This document shows, piece by piece, positions 28,497 to 39,522 of a DNA stretch of 64,000 bases; position 1 is the stretch's first letter; each line of letters starts with the position of its first letter. Both the position numbers and the translations under genes were made by a program. Origin of the DNA: Phycisphaerales bacterium (lineage in GTDB: Bacteria > Planctomycetota > Phycisphaerae > Phycisphaerales > SM1A02); NCBI GenBank assembly GCA_028278245.1, contig JANQEQ010000091.1, positions 12,600-76,599 on the forward strand. Direction: 5' to 3'. The notes beneath the pieces were generated by a model that was not told the origin of the DNA, did no database searches, and saw only the letters and a list, made by a program, of their open reading frames with translations.

Positions 28497-30143
28497 TCAT
28501 TGTTTCTTCTTGGTCTTTGATTTCTTCTTTGTTGAGGTAGTTGTTTTCTTCTTCGATGTGGTTTTTTTCGTTGAAGATTTTTTCGCTGAGGATTTTGCAG
28601 CAGGTTTCTTTGTGGTCTTTGATTTTTTCTTTGTTGTTTTCTTCTTGGTGGTTTGAATGCCCGCAGCTTCTTTTCGTGCTTCGACGAGTTTCTGCCACTC
28701 ATCTGCCGAGACTTCGGTTATCGCTGCCTGCGCGACCAGTTTATCCGCTGCCTTTTCTTCGCGGATCTGCATGGCGATGTTGTTCAACTGGCCGGATTGC
28801 GTCAGCTCGGTGCGCAATTGATCCGGACGCATTTCCCGCTGGGCGGCAATTGCAGCAATGCGGCCGTTGATCTCCTGATCATTCACATCGACGGAGAAAT
28901 GTTCCGCCAGCTTGTTCATGATGAATGTGGTTTTCAGTCGTGATCGCGCTTCCTCTTCCGATGCACTTCTTGCTTCAGCCACATGATGTTCGATCTGATC
29001 TTCGTTGAGACCACGATAGAGTAGTTCCAGTCGGTAATTTTCCAGCGATCGCTGTGCCTGTGCCGCGGTGATCTTCTCGGGGAGTTCAAAATCGATGTGA
29101 TCAGACAGCCATTCTGTGACCTGCTCACGCATGGCCGATGACTGCTCCTCCACAACCCGCTGATCCAGCGCCATCTTGATCTGTTCGTTCAGGATTTCCT
29201 CACTTGCCAGGCCGTACTGCTCCACAACTGCTTCCACCGTGGCAGGCTCGATATGCATGGCCGAGCGAATCTCATACGTCACCGTCAGATCCACACCACG
29301 GATGTCTTCTCGTTCGTGATTTTCCGGCCCGGTCGTTGTAATCGTGAGTTGATCCCCAACCTTTTTATCGTTGAGCATCCCTTCAAGGTCATCCACCATG
29401 AAGCCCAACACTTGGCCGTCGGATGTATCATCAGGATCAGGCATGTAGACCGGAATATCATCGTTGCGGAAGAACGGCTCGTCCTCGCCATCCTTTGTCA
29501 CCGTGGCATAACCCAGCAGACGATCGCCCGGCTTGAAATCAGCCTCCACCTCGCTCGGCGTTCCCAGGCGCAATCGCTGTCGCATCAATTCATCGGTGAT
29601 GTGGCCGTCTGTGATCTCCAGCATCGGCTTGTTGACCGGAATCTTTTCCAGGTCAGGCAGGTCAAACTCCGGCATCACCTCAATTTCAATCGAAAACGTG
29701 AATGGCTTGTCAGGATCAAACTCAATATCTTCGATCTTGTCTACCGGCTCCGGTTCCCCCAGAGCTTTGAGTCCGTGCTCTTCAATCGCGCTGGAATAAG
29801 CATCGGCAATCAATTGACCTTTGGCTTCATCCCGGACATTCTTCCCGAAGCGACGCTCCAGGAGATGTCGAGGCGCTTTTCCCTTACGGAAGCCGGGCAA
29901 TGCTGCCTCAACCGCCAGGGTAGAGAGGGAATCATCGATCTTCTCGGCAATCTTCTCCGGTGGGATCGTAATGTTCAAACGCTTCCGCGCCGGGCCGGCA
30001 TCTTCAATCGTGACGTTTGATGCTGATGCTTCGGTTGCTTCTGCTGGGGCATCGACCATGACCGTATATCCGTCTGCAAGGGTCTCAAATGAGGATAAAA
30101 CACCTGAACCCCACAGCATAGCACCCCCCAACACGCAATACAA
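28497..30143 (-). CDS. tig: Trigger factor with Lys/Thr-rich C-terminal tail
   Basis: GFRKGKAPRHLLERRFG ribosome-binding signature, PPIase-like middle domain and C-terminal arms. The last ~50 aa are K/T/S low complexity. The ORF starts with TTG at 30143; the true start is probably the internal Met near 30059. Confidence 0.85.
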   Translation of the reverse strand: MYCVLGGAMLWGSGVLSSFETLADGYTVMVDAPAEATEASASNVTIEDAGPARKRLNITIPPEKIAEKIDDSLSTLAVEAALPGFRKGKAPRHLLERRFGKNVRDEAKGQLIADAYSSAIEEHGLKALGEPEPVDKIEDIEFDPDKPFTFSIEIEVMPEFDLPDLEKIPVNKPMLEITDGHITDELMRQRLRLGTPSEVEADFKPGDRLLGYATVTKDGEDEPFFRNDDIPVYMPDPDDTSDGQVLGFMVDDLEGMLNDKKVGDQLTITTTGPENHEREDIRGVDLTVTYEIRSAMHIEPATVEAVVEQYGLASEEILNEQIKMALDQRVVEEQSSAMREQVTEWLSDHIDFELPEKITAAQAQRSLENYRLELLYRGLNEDQIEHHVAEARSASEEEARSRLKTTFIMNKLAEHFSVDVNDQEINGRIAAIAAQREMRPDQLRTELTQSGQLNNIAMQIREEKAADKLVAQAAITEVSADEWQKLVEARKEAAGIQTTKKKTTKKKSKTTKKPAAKSSAKKSSTKKTTSKKKTTTSTKKKSKTKKKQ

Positions 30144-30323
30144 ACCCGGTTGGCCTATTGCTTTGGGTGTGGGGGTGGGTGAAAGCCCAGCGAGGTTTCG
30201 ACGGGGTATCTTTTCATTGGATCCCAGTTACACAGAATTTGTGGCGCGGGGATCTATGCCCGCGGGTTGCCACCCGCGGCTATCCCCCACACAAAACACC
30301 TCACACGCAAACCTCCAATTCAT

Positions 30324-30344
30324 TCTGCGAGTCGTTGACTCGCA
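30324..30344. repeat. REP-like palindromic element copy (perfect)
   Basis: ctgcgagtc-gtt-gactcgcag flanked by CCCCCACAC tracts. Confidence 0.6.
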
Positions 30345-30461
30345 GCTATCCCCCCACACGAAAACCGCGATCACAGATCGCGGCTCGCCCCCACACACGA
30401 CAATCCCACACATGCGAAGACACTCACTCCAACCCTCTCCCAGAGGGAGAGGGAGAAAGCA

Positions 30462-31070
30462 TTATTCCGGGAGCTTCTCGAGTTCGGGTTTGACGTGTTT
30501 TTCGTAGCAGTCCGGGCAGACGCCGTGGCTGAACTGGGCCTGGCTGTGATGGGCGATGTAATGTTCGACCGCTTGCCAGTAGTCGTCACCTTTGCGGATA
30601 CGTTTGCAGTACGCGCAAATCGGCAACAGGCCGCTAAGACGATTCACTTCACTCAGCGCCGATTCGAGGTCACCGATGCGCGAGGCAAGTTGCGACTGCA
30701 ACTGGAGAATGCGGCAACCGGTACTCACACGTGCGCGCAGTTCATCACGGTGGAAGGGCTTGGTAACATAATCGTCCGCGCCAGCATCAAGGCCGGTGAC
30801 AATATCCTCCTTCTGTGTCTTGGCAGTGAGCAACAGGATGTAAAAATTATTACCTTCAGGAAGCGCACGTGTTAACTGGCAGAGTTCCGGGCCATCGTGT
30901 TCCGGCATCATCCAGTCGAGAATGAGTAATCGTGCCGATTCCGGCGTCTGGATTGCGTCCCATGCTTCTGCACCATCGCAGGTGACCTGCACATCGTAAT
31001 CCCACTTCAGCAGTGTTTTTTCCAATACGGTGCGTGAAACGGGATCGTCTTCTGCGATGAGGATTTTCAT
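30462..31070 (-). CDS. Response regulator (receiver) with C-terminal Cys-rich domain
   Basis: CheY-like REC domain (DD...D...K). The C-terminus is LPICAYCKRIRKGDDYWQAVEHYIAHHSQAQFSHGVCPDCYEKH. The gene overlaps the kinase stop by 4 nt. Confidence 0.8.
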   Translation of the reverse strand: MKILIAEDDPVSRTVLEKTLLKWDYDVQVTCDGAEAWDAIQTPESARLLILDWMMPEHDGPELCQLTRALPEGNNFYILLLTAKTQKEDIVTGLDAGADDYVTKPFHRDELRARVSTGCRILQLQSQLASRIGDLESALSEVNRLSGLLPICAYCKRIRKGDDYWQAVEHYIAHHSQAQFSHGVCPDCYEKHVKPELEKLPE

Positions 31071-34000
31071 GAAGCGGTCTCGGTTGTGAGTGATTTGAGC
31101 CGGGGCTCAAGCTGCATCATAACTTGTTGCAATTGATCCAATGCGTCTCGGGCTGCAGTCTGATTCTGCTCATTCGCTGCAACTTCCAGAGAAAAAGCTG
31201 CCTGTTCGGCCAGCTTAGCGTGGAAGTTGCTCAATGCGCCCTTGACTGCATGAGCGGTGCGTTCCAGCACTTCATACTCAGTTGCTTCCAGGGCGCTATG
31301 CAGTGTTCGCTGTTGGTTCGGCCACTCTTTGAGGAATACAGCCGCCAGCTCGCTGAGCAGTTCGCTATCTCCATCGAGGTGCTTCAGTGTTGCCTCCTTG
31401 TCAAAGATCAGTTGATCTGTTTCCGATGGAGGAGGTGTGATACTTGTGAAGGTTTCGGATGAAGAATGCGTTGGATCTTGTGCGTGAGGCAAGCTGTCAT
31501 CAGGGTTAATGAGGCGGCTGATCTCACCCATGAGTGTATCTGCACTGACGGGCTTGGAAACATAACCATCCATACCCGCATCCAGGCAGCGATCGCGATC
31601 ACCTTGTAGCGCGTGTGCGGTCATGGCGATGATGGGGATGCGCTGATCCGGGATCTCCTGTTCTCGGATCTTTGCCGTCGCCTCGAAACCGCCCATCCGC
31701 GGCATCTGGATATCCATCAGAATAAGATCGAACTCCTGACTGTTGATCGCCTCGATCGCCTTGAGACCATCGTCTGCAACGAAGACATCGTGGCCATGCT
31801 TCGACAGTAGGCGTACCGCAACCTCCTGATTCACCGCACTATCCTCAGCCAGAAGAATCCTGAGCGGTTTGAGAGTAGTACCGGAAATTTCACGCCCGAC
31901 CGGTGCCTGTAGAAGAATTTCCGGAATTGGAATATTCAATGCGGAGATGATCTGGTCCAGCAGATCAGTGTTACGAATCGGCTTGAGCACGTAGCCGGCC
32001 AGCTCCAGATCCTGACATCTTTGCGCATCGGATTTACGATCGAGTGAAATAATCATCATTACTACTGCGCACTTCAGAACAGCATTATTTTGCACACGTT
32101 GCGCCAGATCAAAACCATCTGATTTCACAAGGTCTGAATCGATGAGGACGAGGTCGAACAATTCACCCTTGGCAATAGCACCTTCCAGCCCCTGCCAGGC
32201 GTTGGTTTCATCGCTGACCAGCTTTGGATCCATGCCCCATGAGCGCAGCGTCTGCCTGAGATATCCGCCATTGGTGAGGTTATCATCAACGATAAGCACA
32301 CGCTTGCCTTTGAGATCATCGCGGTAGGATTCGGCAGGATCATCGTGCGCATGCGCATCCATATTCAGCAGGACAGTGAAGTGAAATGTGCTGCCCTGTC
32401 CTTCCTCACTGTGGACCCACATCCTGCCGTGCATGCGCTGCACGAGTTGTGATGAGATGGCCAGGCCCAGTCCTGTGCCGCCGAATTTGCGGGTCGTTGA
32501 ACTGTCCGCCTGACGGAAGGCGTTGAAGATAATCGATTGTTTATCTTCAGGGATACCGATACCGGTATCGCGAACGGCAAAGTGCAGAAACACCTGGCCG
32601 GACTCCGCCGGTTCCTGCGAAACGAGAATTCCGATTTCACCCTGGTCGGTGAATTTAAGTGCGTTGCCGACGAGGTTCACAATGATCTGGCGCAGGCGGA
32701 GCGGATCGCCGATCAGATTATCCGGAACATCCGGTTCGACGTGGCATATTAACTCAAGGCCTTTGCGGTGTGCGCGAACCGCCTGCAGGCTGATAGCATT
32801 GGACAAACTGTGCCGCAGACTGAATGGATCGTGATCCAGTTCGAGTTGGCCCGATTCGACTTTCGAGAAGTCGAGGATGTCGTTAATAACACGCAGCAGA
32901 GAATCGGCAGATGATTGAATCATATCCAGGTACTCGCGCTGCTCATCGGACAGTTCAGTGTCCAGGAGCAGATCGGTCATACCGACGATGCCATTCATGG
33001 GGGTGCGGATTTCATGACTCATGTTCGCCAGGAAGTCACTTTTCATACTGGATACTTCCAGCGCTGCGTCTCGTGCCTGCTGGAGTTGATCCTCAGCGTG
33101 TTTGCGCTGCGTAATGTCGGTGCAGATCCCCACAAGCCGCCAGTGTTGGGATTCTTTTCTTTCTATACTGATTTCTTCCCAGACCCAGTGGACTTTTTTA
33201 TCCTTGCCGATGATTCTGAATTCGTGGTGGTAAGCGTTCTGGCCATCGAGAATTGCTTTATGTACCGCTTTCTGACAGCGTTGGAAGTCTTCCTTATGTT
33301 TACTGCGCTTCCAGGCATGAGCGTAAGTACCGCCGTGGAATATATCCAGGGGAAGTAACTGCTGTGCCGTAGTCTCATCCTGAATTCTGAGATCCCACTT
33401 GAATTCTCCTGGCGAGCGCTGATAAACGTGCGCAGTCCACAGGATAGCCCTGGCATGGGTTGCGATGTACTGCAGCGCGCCGCGTGATCGTTCCAGTGCC
33501 GCCAAGCTCTTGTTAAGTTCTACAGTGAGTTTCGCAATTTCATCCGTTCCCCGCACAGGGAGTCGATGAGATGGATCCCCTTTGCTGGCCAGTTGCTGAA
33601 CGGCATTGCTCAAGCGCGACATGCGGCGCAGCACGACTCTTTCCAGGAGCATTAGAGTTACCGTGCCGAAGACGACGCCGCAGATCACCAGCGCCAGGGT
33701 AAAGAGCTGCAGGATTCTCCTGCTTCTTTCGTAGATGGTGCGGGGGAGATCGATCCGCATGATCACCGCAGGTTCATCCCGTACATCTTTGATGACGGTA
33801 AATCCGGAAAACCGATGCTGATCGATTGCTGCGGTGTAATCAGAACCGGTATGTGCGGATGTTAGTGCGTTGCGATAGATCTCCGGCATATCCGGCATAT
33901 CAGATCGCTCGATAGAGAGTGGCAATAATGTACGCAGGGCGAGTTGTTCCTCAGCTTGTTTATCCAGGTAGCGTCCCATGATGAGGGTTCCACGAATGGG

Positions 34001-34528
34001 ACCGCGTTTTTCACTAGTGAGGATCGGGCGGGATGTAACCAGCATCGGCCAGTCACTCAATAACACGACACCCGCATGCTGATCACCCGGTTGCTGAAAT
34101 GTAATCAGCGATGGAAAAAGCTTGGCCACCTGCCTCATCTCTGTCGGGACGGGAATCTCCCGATGGCTGTGCCAATTGAACGCTTTGGCAAAAACTATTT
34201 TGTCATTTCGATCAAGAAACAACATTAGGTTGATGTGGATATCATCAAATGTTGAGTCTACAAGATTCGACTGGATGTAATCCGGATTGGCATTTTCGAT
34301 GAACTCATACGTATCATCCCAGCCGGCGTAATCACTGTTGAGCGTTCCCAGGTCATCCAGTGCTGCGTCCAGCGAAGCTCGAGCAAGCGCAAGGCTGTCA
34401 TGCGTCTGGTTGAGTTCAAGCTCTTCGGCTGTTTTCATTACGATGTGTTGACCGGCGAAGAACAGAATAATGACGAGTCCCAACAGAGTCAGGCCGATGA
34501 TCAGTAGTGTTTTTGTGCGGAGTGTCAT
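31067..34528 (-). CDS. Hybrid sensor histidine kinase (periplasmic sensor, HAMP, PAS, HisKA, HATPase_c, two REC, HPt)
   Basis: 1153 aa with a TM anchor and sensor region, H-box [13 protein letters not shown] boxes, two receiver domains and a C-terminal HPt domain (HAVKGA). Confidence 0.85.
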   Translation of the reverse strand: MTLRTKTLLIIGLTLLGLVIILFFAGQHIVMKTAEELELNQTHDSLALARASLDAALDDLGTLNSDYAGWDDTYEFIENANPDYIQSNLVDSTFDDIHINLMLFLDRNDKIVFAKAFNWHSHREIPVPTEMRQVAKLFPSLITFQQPGDQHAGVVLLSDWPMLVTSRPILTSEKRGPIRGTLIMGRYLDKQAEEQLALRTLLPLSIERSDMPDMPEIYRNALTSAHTGSDYTAAIDQHRFSGFTVIKDVRDEPAVIMRIDLPRTIYERSRRILQLFTLALVICGVVFGTVTLMLLERVVLRRMSRLSNAVQQLASKGDPSHRLPVRGTDEIAKLTVELNKSLAALERSRGALQYIATHARAILWTAHVYQRSPGEFKWDLRIQDETTAQQLLPLDIFHGGTYAHAWKRSKHKEDFQRCQKAVHKAILDGQNAYHHEFRIIGKDKKVHWVWEEISIERKESQHWRLVGICTDITQRKHAEDQLQQARDAALEVSSMKSDFLANMSHEIRTPMNGIVGMTDLLLDTELSDEQREYLDMIQSSADSLLRVINDILDFSKVESGQLELDHDPFSLRHSLSNAISLQAVRAHRKGLELICHVEPDVPDNLIGDPLRLRQIIVNLVGNALKFTDQGEIGILVSQEPAESGQVFLHFAVRDTGIGIPEDKQSIIFNAFRQADSSTTRKFGGTGLGLAISSQLVQRMHGRMWVHSEEGQGSTFHFTVLLNMDAHAHDDPAESYRDDLKGKRVLIVDDNLTNGGYLRQTLRSWGMDPKLVSDETNAWQGLEGAIAKGELFDLVLIDSDLVKSDGFDLAQRVQNNAVLKCAVVMMIISLDRKSDAQRCQDLELAGYVLKPIRNTDLLDQIISALNIPIPEILLQAPVGREISGTTLKPLRILLAEDSAVNQEVAVRLLSKHGHDVFVADDGLKAIEAINSQEFDLILMDIQMPRMGGFEATAKIREQEIPDQRIPIIAMTAHALQGDRDRCLDAGMDGYVSKPVSADTLMGEISRLINPDDSLPHAQDPTHSSSETFTSITPPPSETDQLIFDKEATLKHLDGDSELLSELAAVFLKEWPNQQRTLHSALEATEYEVLERTAHAVKGALSNFHAKLAEQAAFSLEVAANEQNQTAARDALDQLQQVMMQLEPRLKSLTTETAS

Positions 34529-34555
34529 GGGAATATTACAACACGCTTCTCAGGA

Positions 34556-35719
34556 TTATTTCATTTCAATAGGGTTAATAAGCGATCCGATCACCGGTGC
34601 CTGCACACTTACATAACCGGCCTGTTCCAGTGTAACAGGATGGCTTGTATGTGATCTACACAATCGGGACGGACCCAGCACAATTGCAGTCATGGGTTCG
34701 ATAATGGTGTCCTGACTTAATTGGGCAATCAGTTTCGATACGAATTTTACGACATCAGGTATAGTCAGGGGATCAGGTGGAAGGATGTTGATGCGGGAAG
34801 TGATGGTGAATGATCTTCTACTTTCAAAGTGCTCAGGTGTGATCAACTCCGGACCGAGGCTTATAAACTCAGGCGTTGATTGTTCTGAAGGATCAGAGAA
34901 GTACCCCAAACCAGCCAGAGTAAATCCATAGAGATGCGATAGCACGTGGTCTTCATCAACTTCCTTCATCTGGTGGCGAACGATGGCAGCCAGCCCTCCC
35001 TGGAAAAACAATGATGCACTTTGCGGGTGTTCAGCTTCATAAACGGGTTCTTCCGGGCCATAGATCGCTTTGGGGGTCAAGCTTTGCCAGGATAATTGAT
35101 CAGTGTTGGCATCGATCCACACGAAGTGACCGGGCTGCAATGGAGTCAACAATCGCTGCACTGTGCGATGCTGATTGGTGCGAAGGAATCTTTCCTTGAG
35201 TCTCATACTTTCCAGAACAGCCTTGCTGATTTCACGACGTAGTTCCTCGGGCGTGAATGGTTTGTAGAGCACAGTTTCGTGGCCCACCCGAGCCATCTTG
35301 ACCAGCGTATGATTTGGGTCGTAACCGAATCCGGTGATGAAGAGAATAGGTAATCCGTTTTGGCGAGCGCGTGCAGCGGAATATATTTCATAGCCGTTGT
35401 GATGAGGCATCAGAATATCAGTCACCACAAAATCAAATGATTCCCGTTCAATGGCTTGCATGGCCTCGGCACCATCAGCGCATACTGTGCATCGGCATCC
35501 CGCGATGTTGAGAACGGCTGTGATGAGTTTCCGCATGATCTCATCATCATCTGCCACGAGTGCGTGACGGTCTCGCAATTGCACCATCGTCTGCGCAATA
35601 TCCTCTGCGCCCGGCTCGTGATCAGGTTCCTGAAGAACGATAGCGGACTCACCCTGAGCCGGTTCACCCAGGTAGATGTGATTGTCATCAGCCAGAAAAC
35701 GAATCACCCGCATCCACAA
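34556..35719 (-). CDS. Response regulator with receiver domain and unknown C-terminal domain
   Basis: REC domain (ALVADDDEIM...DILMP...YKPF) flanked by uncharacterised regions, 387 aa. Confidence 0.6.
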   Translation of the reverse strand: MWMRVIRFLADDNHIYLGEPAQGESAIVLQEPDHEPGAEDIAQTMVQLRDRHALVADDDEIMRKLITAVLNIAGCRCTVCADGAEAMQAIERESFDFVVTDILMPHHNGYEIYSAARARQNGLPILFITGFGYDPNHTLVKMARVGHETVLYKPFTPEELRREISKAVLESMRLKERFLRTNQHRTVQRLLTPLQPGHFVWIDANTDQLSWQSLTPKAIYGPEEPVYEAEHPQSASLFFQGGLAAIVRHQMKEVDEDHVLSHLYGFTLAGLGYFSDPSEQSTPEFISLGPELITPEHFESRRSFTITSRINILPPDPLTIPDVVKFVSKLIAQLSQDTIIEPMTAIVLGPSRLCRSHTSHPVTLEQAGYVSVQAPVIGSLINPIEMK

Positions 35720-35892
35720 ACTCCGGTTGGTGGAGGAAACTGGACAATGTGCCCGATGCGCCTGACTACACCCATATCATAACGATTCCTCAACACGATG
35801 AGGAATCGCGCCCGCTATTTCCTGATGGTCAGTTGTATACCGCGGGCTCCTGATAAGCCTCACATTCTGCGGAACGATGCAGTGGTATCGCA

Positions 35893-38058
35893 TTATTCAC
35901 CGAGCAGAAGTTCAGCATAGGTGGGCAGGGTCCAGAGATCCGCAGGGATGATCGCTTCAAGCGTATCCGCCACATCCCGTGCCTGTTCCATCGCCGGGAC
36001 AAGTTCCTCACGAATGTGTTTTGCCTCCCGGGCAAGATTGGAAAGATGCTTTGATGCACATTTTTCGATCTGCCGAAGGCTTTGACGAAGATCATCGATG
36101 AGTGAGATCAGATTCTGCAGTTGATCGGCCGTCTCCGGGCAATCCAGACCTGCTGCCTGCGTGACAGTGACGGCTTCGGCCAGATCGGTCTGATACCGAA
36201 CCGCAGAAGGAAGCACATGCTTGTTGATCATTGAAACAAGTGTCCTTGCTTCGATGTTCAGCAAAGTGTTGTATGTTTCCAGGTAGACGTCAGCCCGGGC
36301 AGTGAGTTCCCTGCGTGATAGAATCTGGTACGTGCTGAACAGACTCATCGCCTTTTTACTCTTGAGTAGGGGAAGTGTTTCTGCCGCCGATCTCAGGTGG
36401 GGCAATCCACGTCGCTCAGCTTCCTCTTCCCATTTTTTGGAATAATTATCGCCGTCAAAAACCACGCGCTTGTGTTCTTTGACAACTTCCTGCAATAGCG
36501 ACATGACGGAAGATTCCAGTTTCTGTTTCGTCGGTTTCTTCCCGACACGGCGTTCAAGTTGCGTTGCCATGTAATCCAGCGACTCGGCAACGATCGTGTT
36601 GAGCACAGTGTTCGGCCAAGCGATTGAAGCCCCAGCGCCAACACTGCGGAATTCGAACTTGTTGCCCGTGAAGGCAAATGGGCTGGTGCGGTTTCGATCG
36701 CCGCTGTGCTGTGGAATCTGCGGAAGTGTGTGTGCTCCCAGATCCAGCGCGCCCCCTTTCCGTGACGATTTCAGCTTTCCTGCTGTAATCTGTTCGAGAA
36801 TGTCAGTGAGTTTTTCACCGAGGAAGATGCTGATTATTGCCGGCGGCGCTTCATTACCACCCAGACGGTGATCATTCCCTGCCGTGGCAATCGATGCTCG
36901 CACGAGATCAGCGTGCAAGTCCACCGCTCGTATCACCGACGTCAGGAACACGAGAAACTGCATGTTGGTGTACACCTCGTCACGAGGGTCGAGCAGATTA
37001 ACGCCGGTATCGGTTGCCAAAGCCCAGTTGTTGTGTTTGCCTGAGCCGTTAACTCGCGCAAATGGTTTTTCGTGCAGGAGACACACCATGCCGTGCCTGC
37101 GTGCGGTCTGGGCAAGGATGTGCATGATCAACATGCCATGATCAGTTGCGAGGTTTGCATTTTCATATGTCGGCGCAATCTCATACTGTCCCGGCGCGAC
37201 TTCCTTATGGCGGGTCTTGATAGGGATACCCAGTTCGTAAAGTTGTCTTTCAACCTCGGTCATGTAAGCCAACACGCGCTCGGGAATCGTTCCGAAGTAA
37301 TGATCATCGAGTTGATGACCCTTCGGAGGAGCAGCGCCGATCAGGGTTCGACCACAGATGCGAAGGTCCGGACGCATTGCCCAGAGTTCTTCATCGACGA
37401 GGAAATACTCCTGCTCAGCGCCGACAGTAGTCATCACCTGTGAAACACCCTCATCGCTGCCAAAGATTCGCAGTATGCGCATTGCCTGATCACTGACCGC
37501 TCGGATCGAACGAAGCAGCGGCGTCTTTTTATCGAGTGCTTCTCCGGTATATGAGACGAACACCGTGGGAATGCACAATGTTGCGCTATCCGGTTGCGAT
37601 TTCAAAATGAACGCAGGGCTGGTGGCATCCCAGGCGGTATAACCACGAGCTTCATACGTATCGCGGATTCCACCACTGGGAAAACTGCTGGCATCGGGTT
37701 CACCTCGGATGAGTTCATCGCCGGAGAATCCCGCCACCGCTTGCCCGTTCAAGCGCGGTGTGAGAAACGCATCGTGTTTCTCAGCGGTGAGTCCTGTCAG
37801 CGGCTGGAACCAGTGACAATAGTGTGTGGCACCATATTCCAGCGCCCAGTCCTTCATGGCCAGGGCAACGGTGTCGGCAATATCCGCATCAAGGGGAAGT
37901 CCCCGCTGCATCGTCTGTTGAAGCTTATCGCAAACGCTTCGGGGTAGGCGCTGGGGCAGAACTTCCCCGGTGAATGTGAGTGAACCATAGACCTCGGTGA
38001 CGGGTGAATCGGAATTATGCTTCCTGTTCATTTCGATTCCCTTGTGCGTTGATGCCAT
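35893..38058 (-). CDS. glnN: Glutamine synthetase type III
   Basis: 721 aa, the length and conserved blocks of GS-III (GlnN). Confidence 0.8.
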   Translation of the reverse strand: MASTHKGIEMNRKHNSDSPVTEVYGSLTFTGEVLPQRLPRSVCDKLQQTMQRGLPLDADIADTVALAMKDWALEYGATHYCHWFQPLTGLTAEKHDAFLTPRLNGQAVAGFSGDELIRGEPDASSFPSGGIRDTYEARGYTAWDATSPAFILKSQPDSATLCIPTVFVSYTGEALDKKTPLLRSIRAVSDQAMRILRIFGSDEGVSQVMTTVGAEQEYFLVDEELWAMRPDLRICGRTLIGAAPPKGHQLDDHYFGTIPERVLAYMTEVERQLYELGIPIKTRHKEVAPGQYEIAPTYENANLATDHGMLIMHILAQTARRHGMVCLLHEKPFARVNGSGKHNNWALATDTGVNLLDPRDEVYTNMQFLVFLTSVIRAVDLHADLVRASIATAGNDHRLGGNEAPPAIISIFLGEKLTDILEQITAGKLKSSRKGGALDLGAHTLPQIPQHSGDRNRTSPFAFTGNKFEFRSVGAGASIAWPNTVLNTIVAESLDYMATQLERRVGKKPTKQKLESSVMSLLQEVVKEHKRVVFDGDNYSKKWEEEAERRGLPHLRSAAETLPLLKSKKAMSLFSTYQILSRRELTARADVYLETYNTLLNIEARTLVSMINKHVLPSAVRYQTDLAEAVTVTQAAGLDCPETADQLQNLISLIDDLRQSLRQIEKCASKHLSNLAREAKHIREELVPAMEQARDVADTLEAIIPADLWTLPTYAELLLGE

Positions 38059-38190
38059 TTGTGATGCAATTTCGCTTAATGCGTGTGGGGGGGATATGGG
38101 GAGTATCGCGGACTTCGGACATCTGGCAAGTCCAGTTCATTCTGAGTCGGGAAAACCTGCAAGAAGTGGTGGTCTGCAGGATTATTTGCG

Positions 38191-39000
38191 TTAAAGACCC
38201 GCTGAGGCAGATGGATGCTGGACCAATCCCTGAGCCAGCTCGGCGACGAAGGTTGAGGCTGTCGAGGCCGGATCATCGCTCTGTTGAATCCGTCGCATCA
38301 ATGCGGAACCGATGATCGCCGCATCAGCCACTTGGGTTACCGCCGTGACATGCTCGGGCGTTGAAATACCGAATCCGACCGCCAGCGGTAGAGACGAAGC
38401 ACTCCGCAGCAGGTCAACCTGAGATGCGATCTGTGGAGTGGTGGCTTGTTCTCCAGTGATCCCCACGCGCGCCAGGACATAAACGAATCCGCGGCAACAT
38501 GCTGTGAGTTGGGCTACTCGATTCTGTGAGGTTGTCGGTGATATGAGCAGGCTGAAACTGAAATCTCGTTTATCGATCAGATCTAAAAATGAACTCAGGG
38601 ATCCGGTGTCCATATCGGGAAGGATGAAGCCGTCAAAACCTGCTTCGCCGGCCTGTTGCAGGAACTCCTCTTCCCCCATGCGATGCACAATCGAGTGACT
38701 GACCATTGCGATCAGCCCCAGACTGGTATGAGGTCGCAGTTGATGGATCATCTTGAAAATTCGCGATGGAGTTATCCCCCCAAGGAGTGCCTCGTGCATG
38801 GATGCAGCAATAACCGGCCCGTCTGCCAAGGGATCTGAAAATGGAAATCCAACTTCGACGATGCTCGCGCCAGCTTGTTCCAGCGCAGGTATGATTTCCG
38901 CGGTGATGTTCAACGAAGGAAAGCCCGCGGTGACAAACGGCATGAGCGCGGTTTGTCCATGTCGGCGGTGATCAGAAAAAATATCATCAATTCGAGACAC
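38191..39000 (-). CDS. trpA: Tryptophan synthase alpha subunit
   Basis: ALMPFVTAGFP and EVGFPFSDPLADGP signatures, 269 aa. Confidence 0.9.
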   Translation of the reverse strand: MSRIDDIFSDHRRHGQTALMPFVTAGFPSLNITAEIIPALEQAGASIVEVGFPFSDPLADGPVIAASMHEALLGGITPSRIFKMIHQLRPHTSLGLIAMVSHSIVHRMGEEEFLQQAGEAGFDGFILPDMDTGSLSSFLDLIDKRDFSFSLLISPTTSQNRVAQLTACCRGFVYVLARVGITGEQATTPQIASQVDLLRSASSLPLAVGFGISTPEHVTAVTQVADAAIIGSALMRRIQQSDDPASTASTFVAELAQGLVQHPSASAGL

Positions 39001-39064
39001 TGTTTATCTATCTCATCGTGAATACAGATTGGAACACCCTCTGGCGAGACTACTTGCGAGGGGA

Positions 39065-39370
39065 TTATTTTGTTCCCCTGGGGCCACCTTCATCGTAATA
39101 CTTTTTTGCAATCGCCTTGGTAAGATCCACCTCGGTGATATTGGCCAGTGTATTCAGCCAAGCTAATACATCGGCAAATTCCTCTTCGAGATTATCCTGA
39201 CAATCATCTCCACGTTCGTGTCGAGCGATTGCTTCAGCCAATTCACCGACCTCTTCAGTAAACCAGAGGAAGGTTCCAGGTGCACCCCGGGCGGAATCCG
39301 TCGGAAAGTACCGCTGGCGGATCAGATCCTGAAATTCAGCGATGGTGAGATCTGCAGGGGAGTTCGGCAT
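39065..39370 (-). CDS. MazG-like nucleotide pyrophosphohydrolase (small all-alpha NTP-PPase)
   Basis: EEVGELAEA...EEFADVLAW EExxE/D metal-binding motifs, 101 aa. Confidence 0.7.
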   Translation of the reverse strand: MPNSPADLTIAEFQDLIRQRYFPTDSARGAPGTFLWFTEEVGELAEAIARHERGDDCQDNLEEEFADVLAWLNTLANITEVDLTKAIAKKYYDEGGPRGTK

Positions 39371-39522
39371 AAGTCATACATCCAGTGAAAACAGGTAAAC
39401 CGGTGCGGAAGGGTACCAGATTCAATCCGGGTATGTGCAGCGAGTCCGTCGTGACGCTACAATCTGCCCCCCGAGCGGCTAATTGCTATGGTGATACGAA
39501 CCTGGACAGGAAAGGAGTTTGT

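Noticed and set aside
28411-28702. Lys/Arg-rich small ORFs of 95 and 77 aa on the minus strand
   Set aside because: They are alternative frames of the low-complexity K/T-rich tail of trigger factor and have no independent support.
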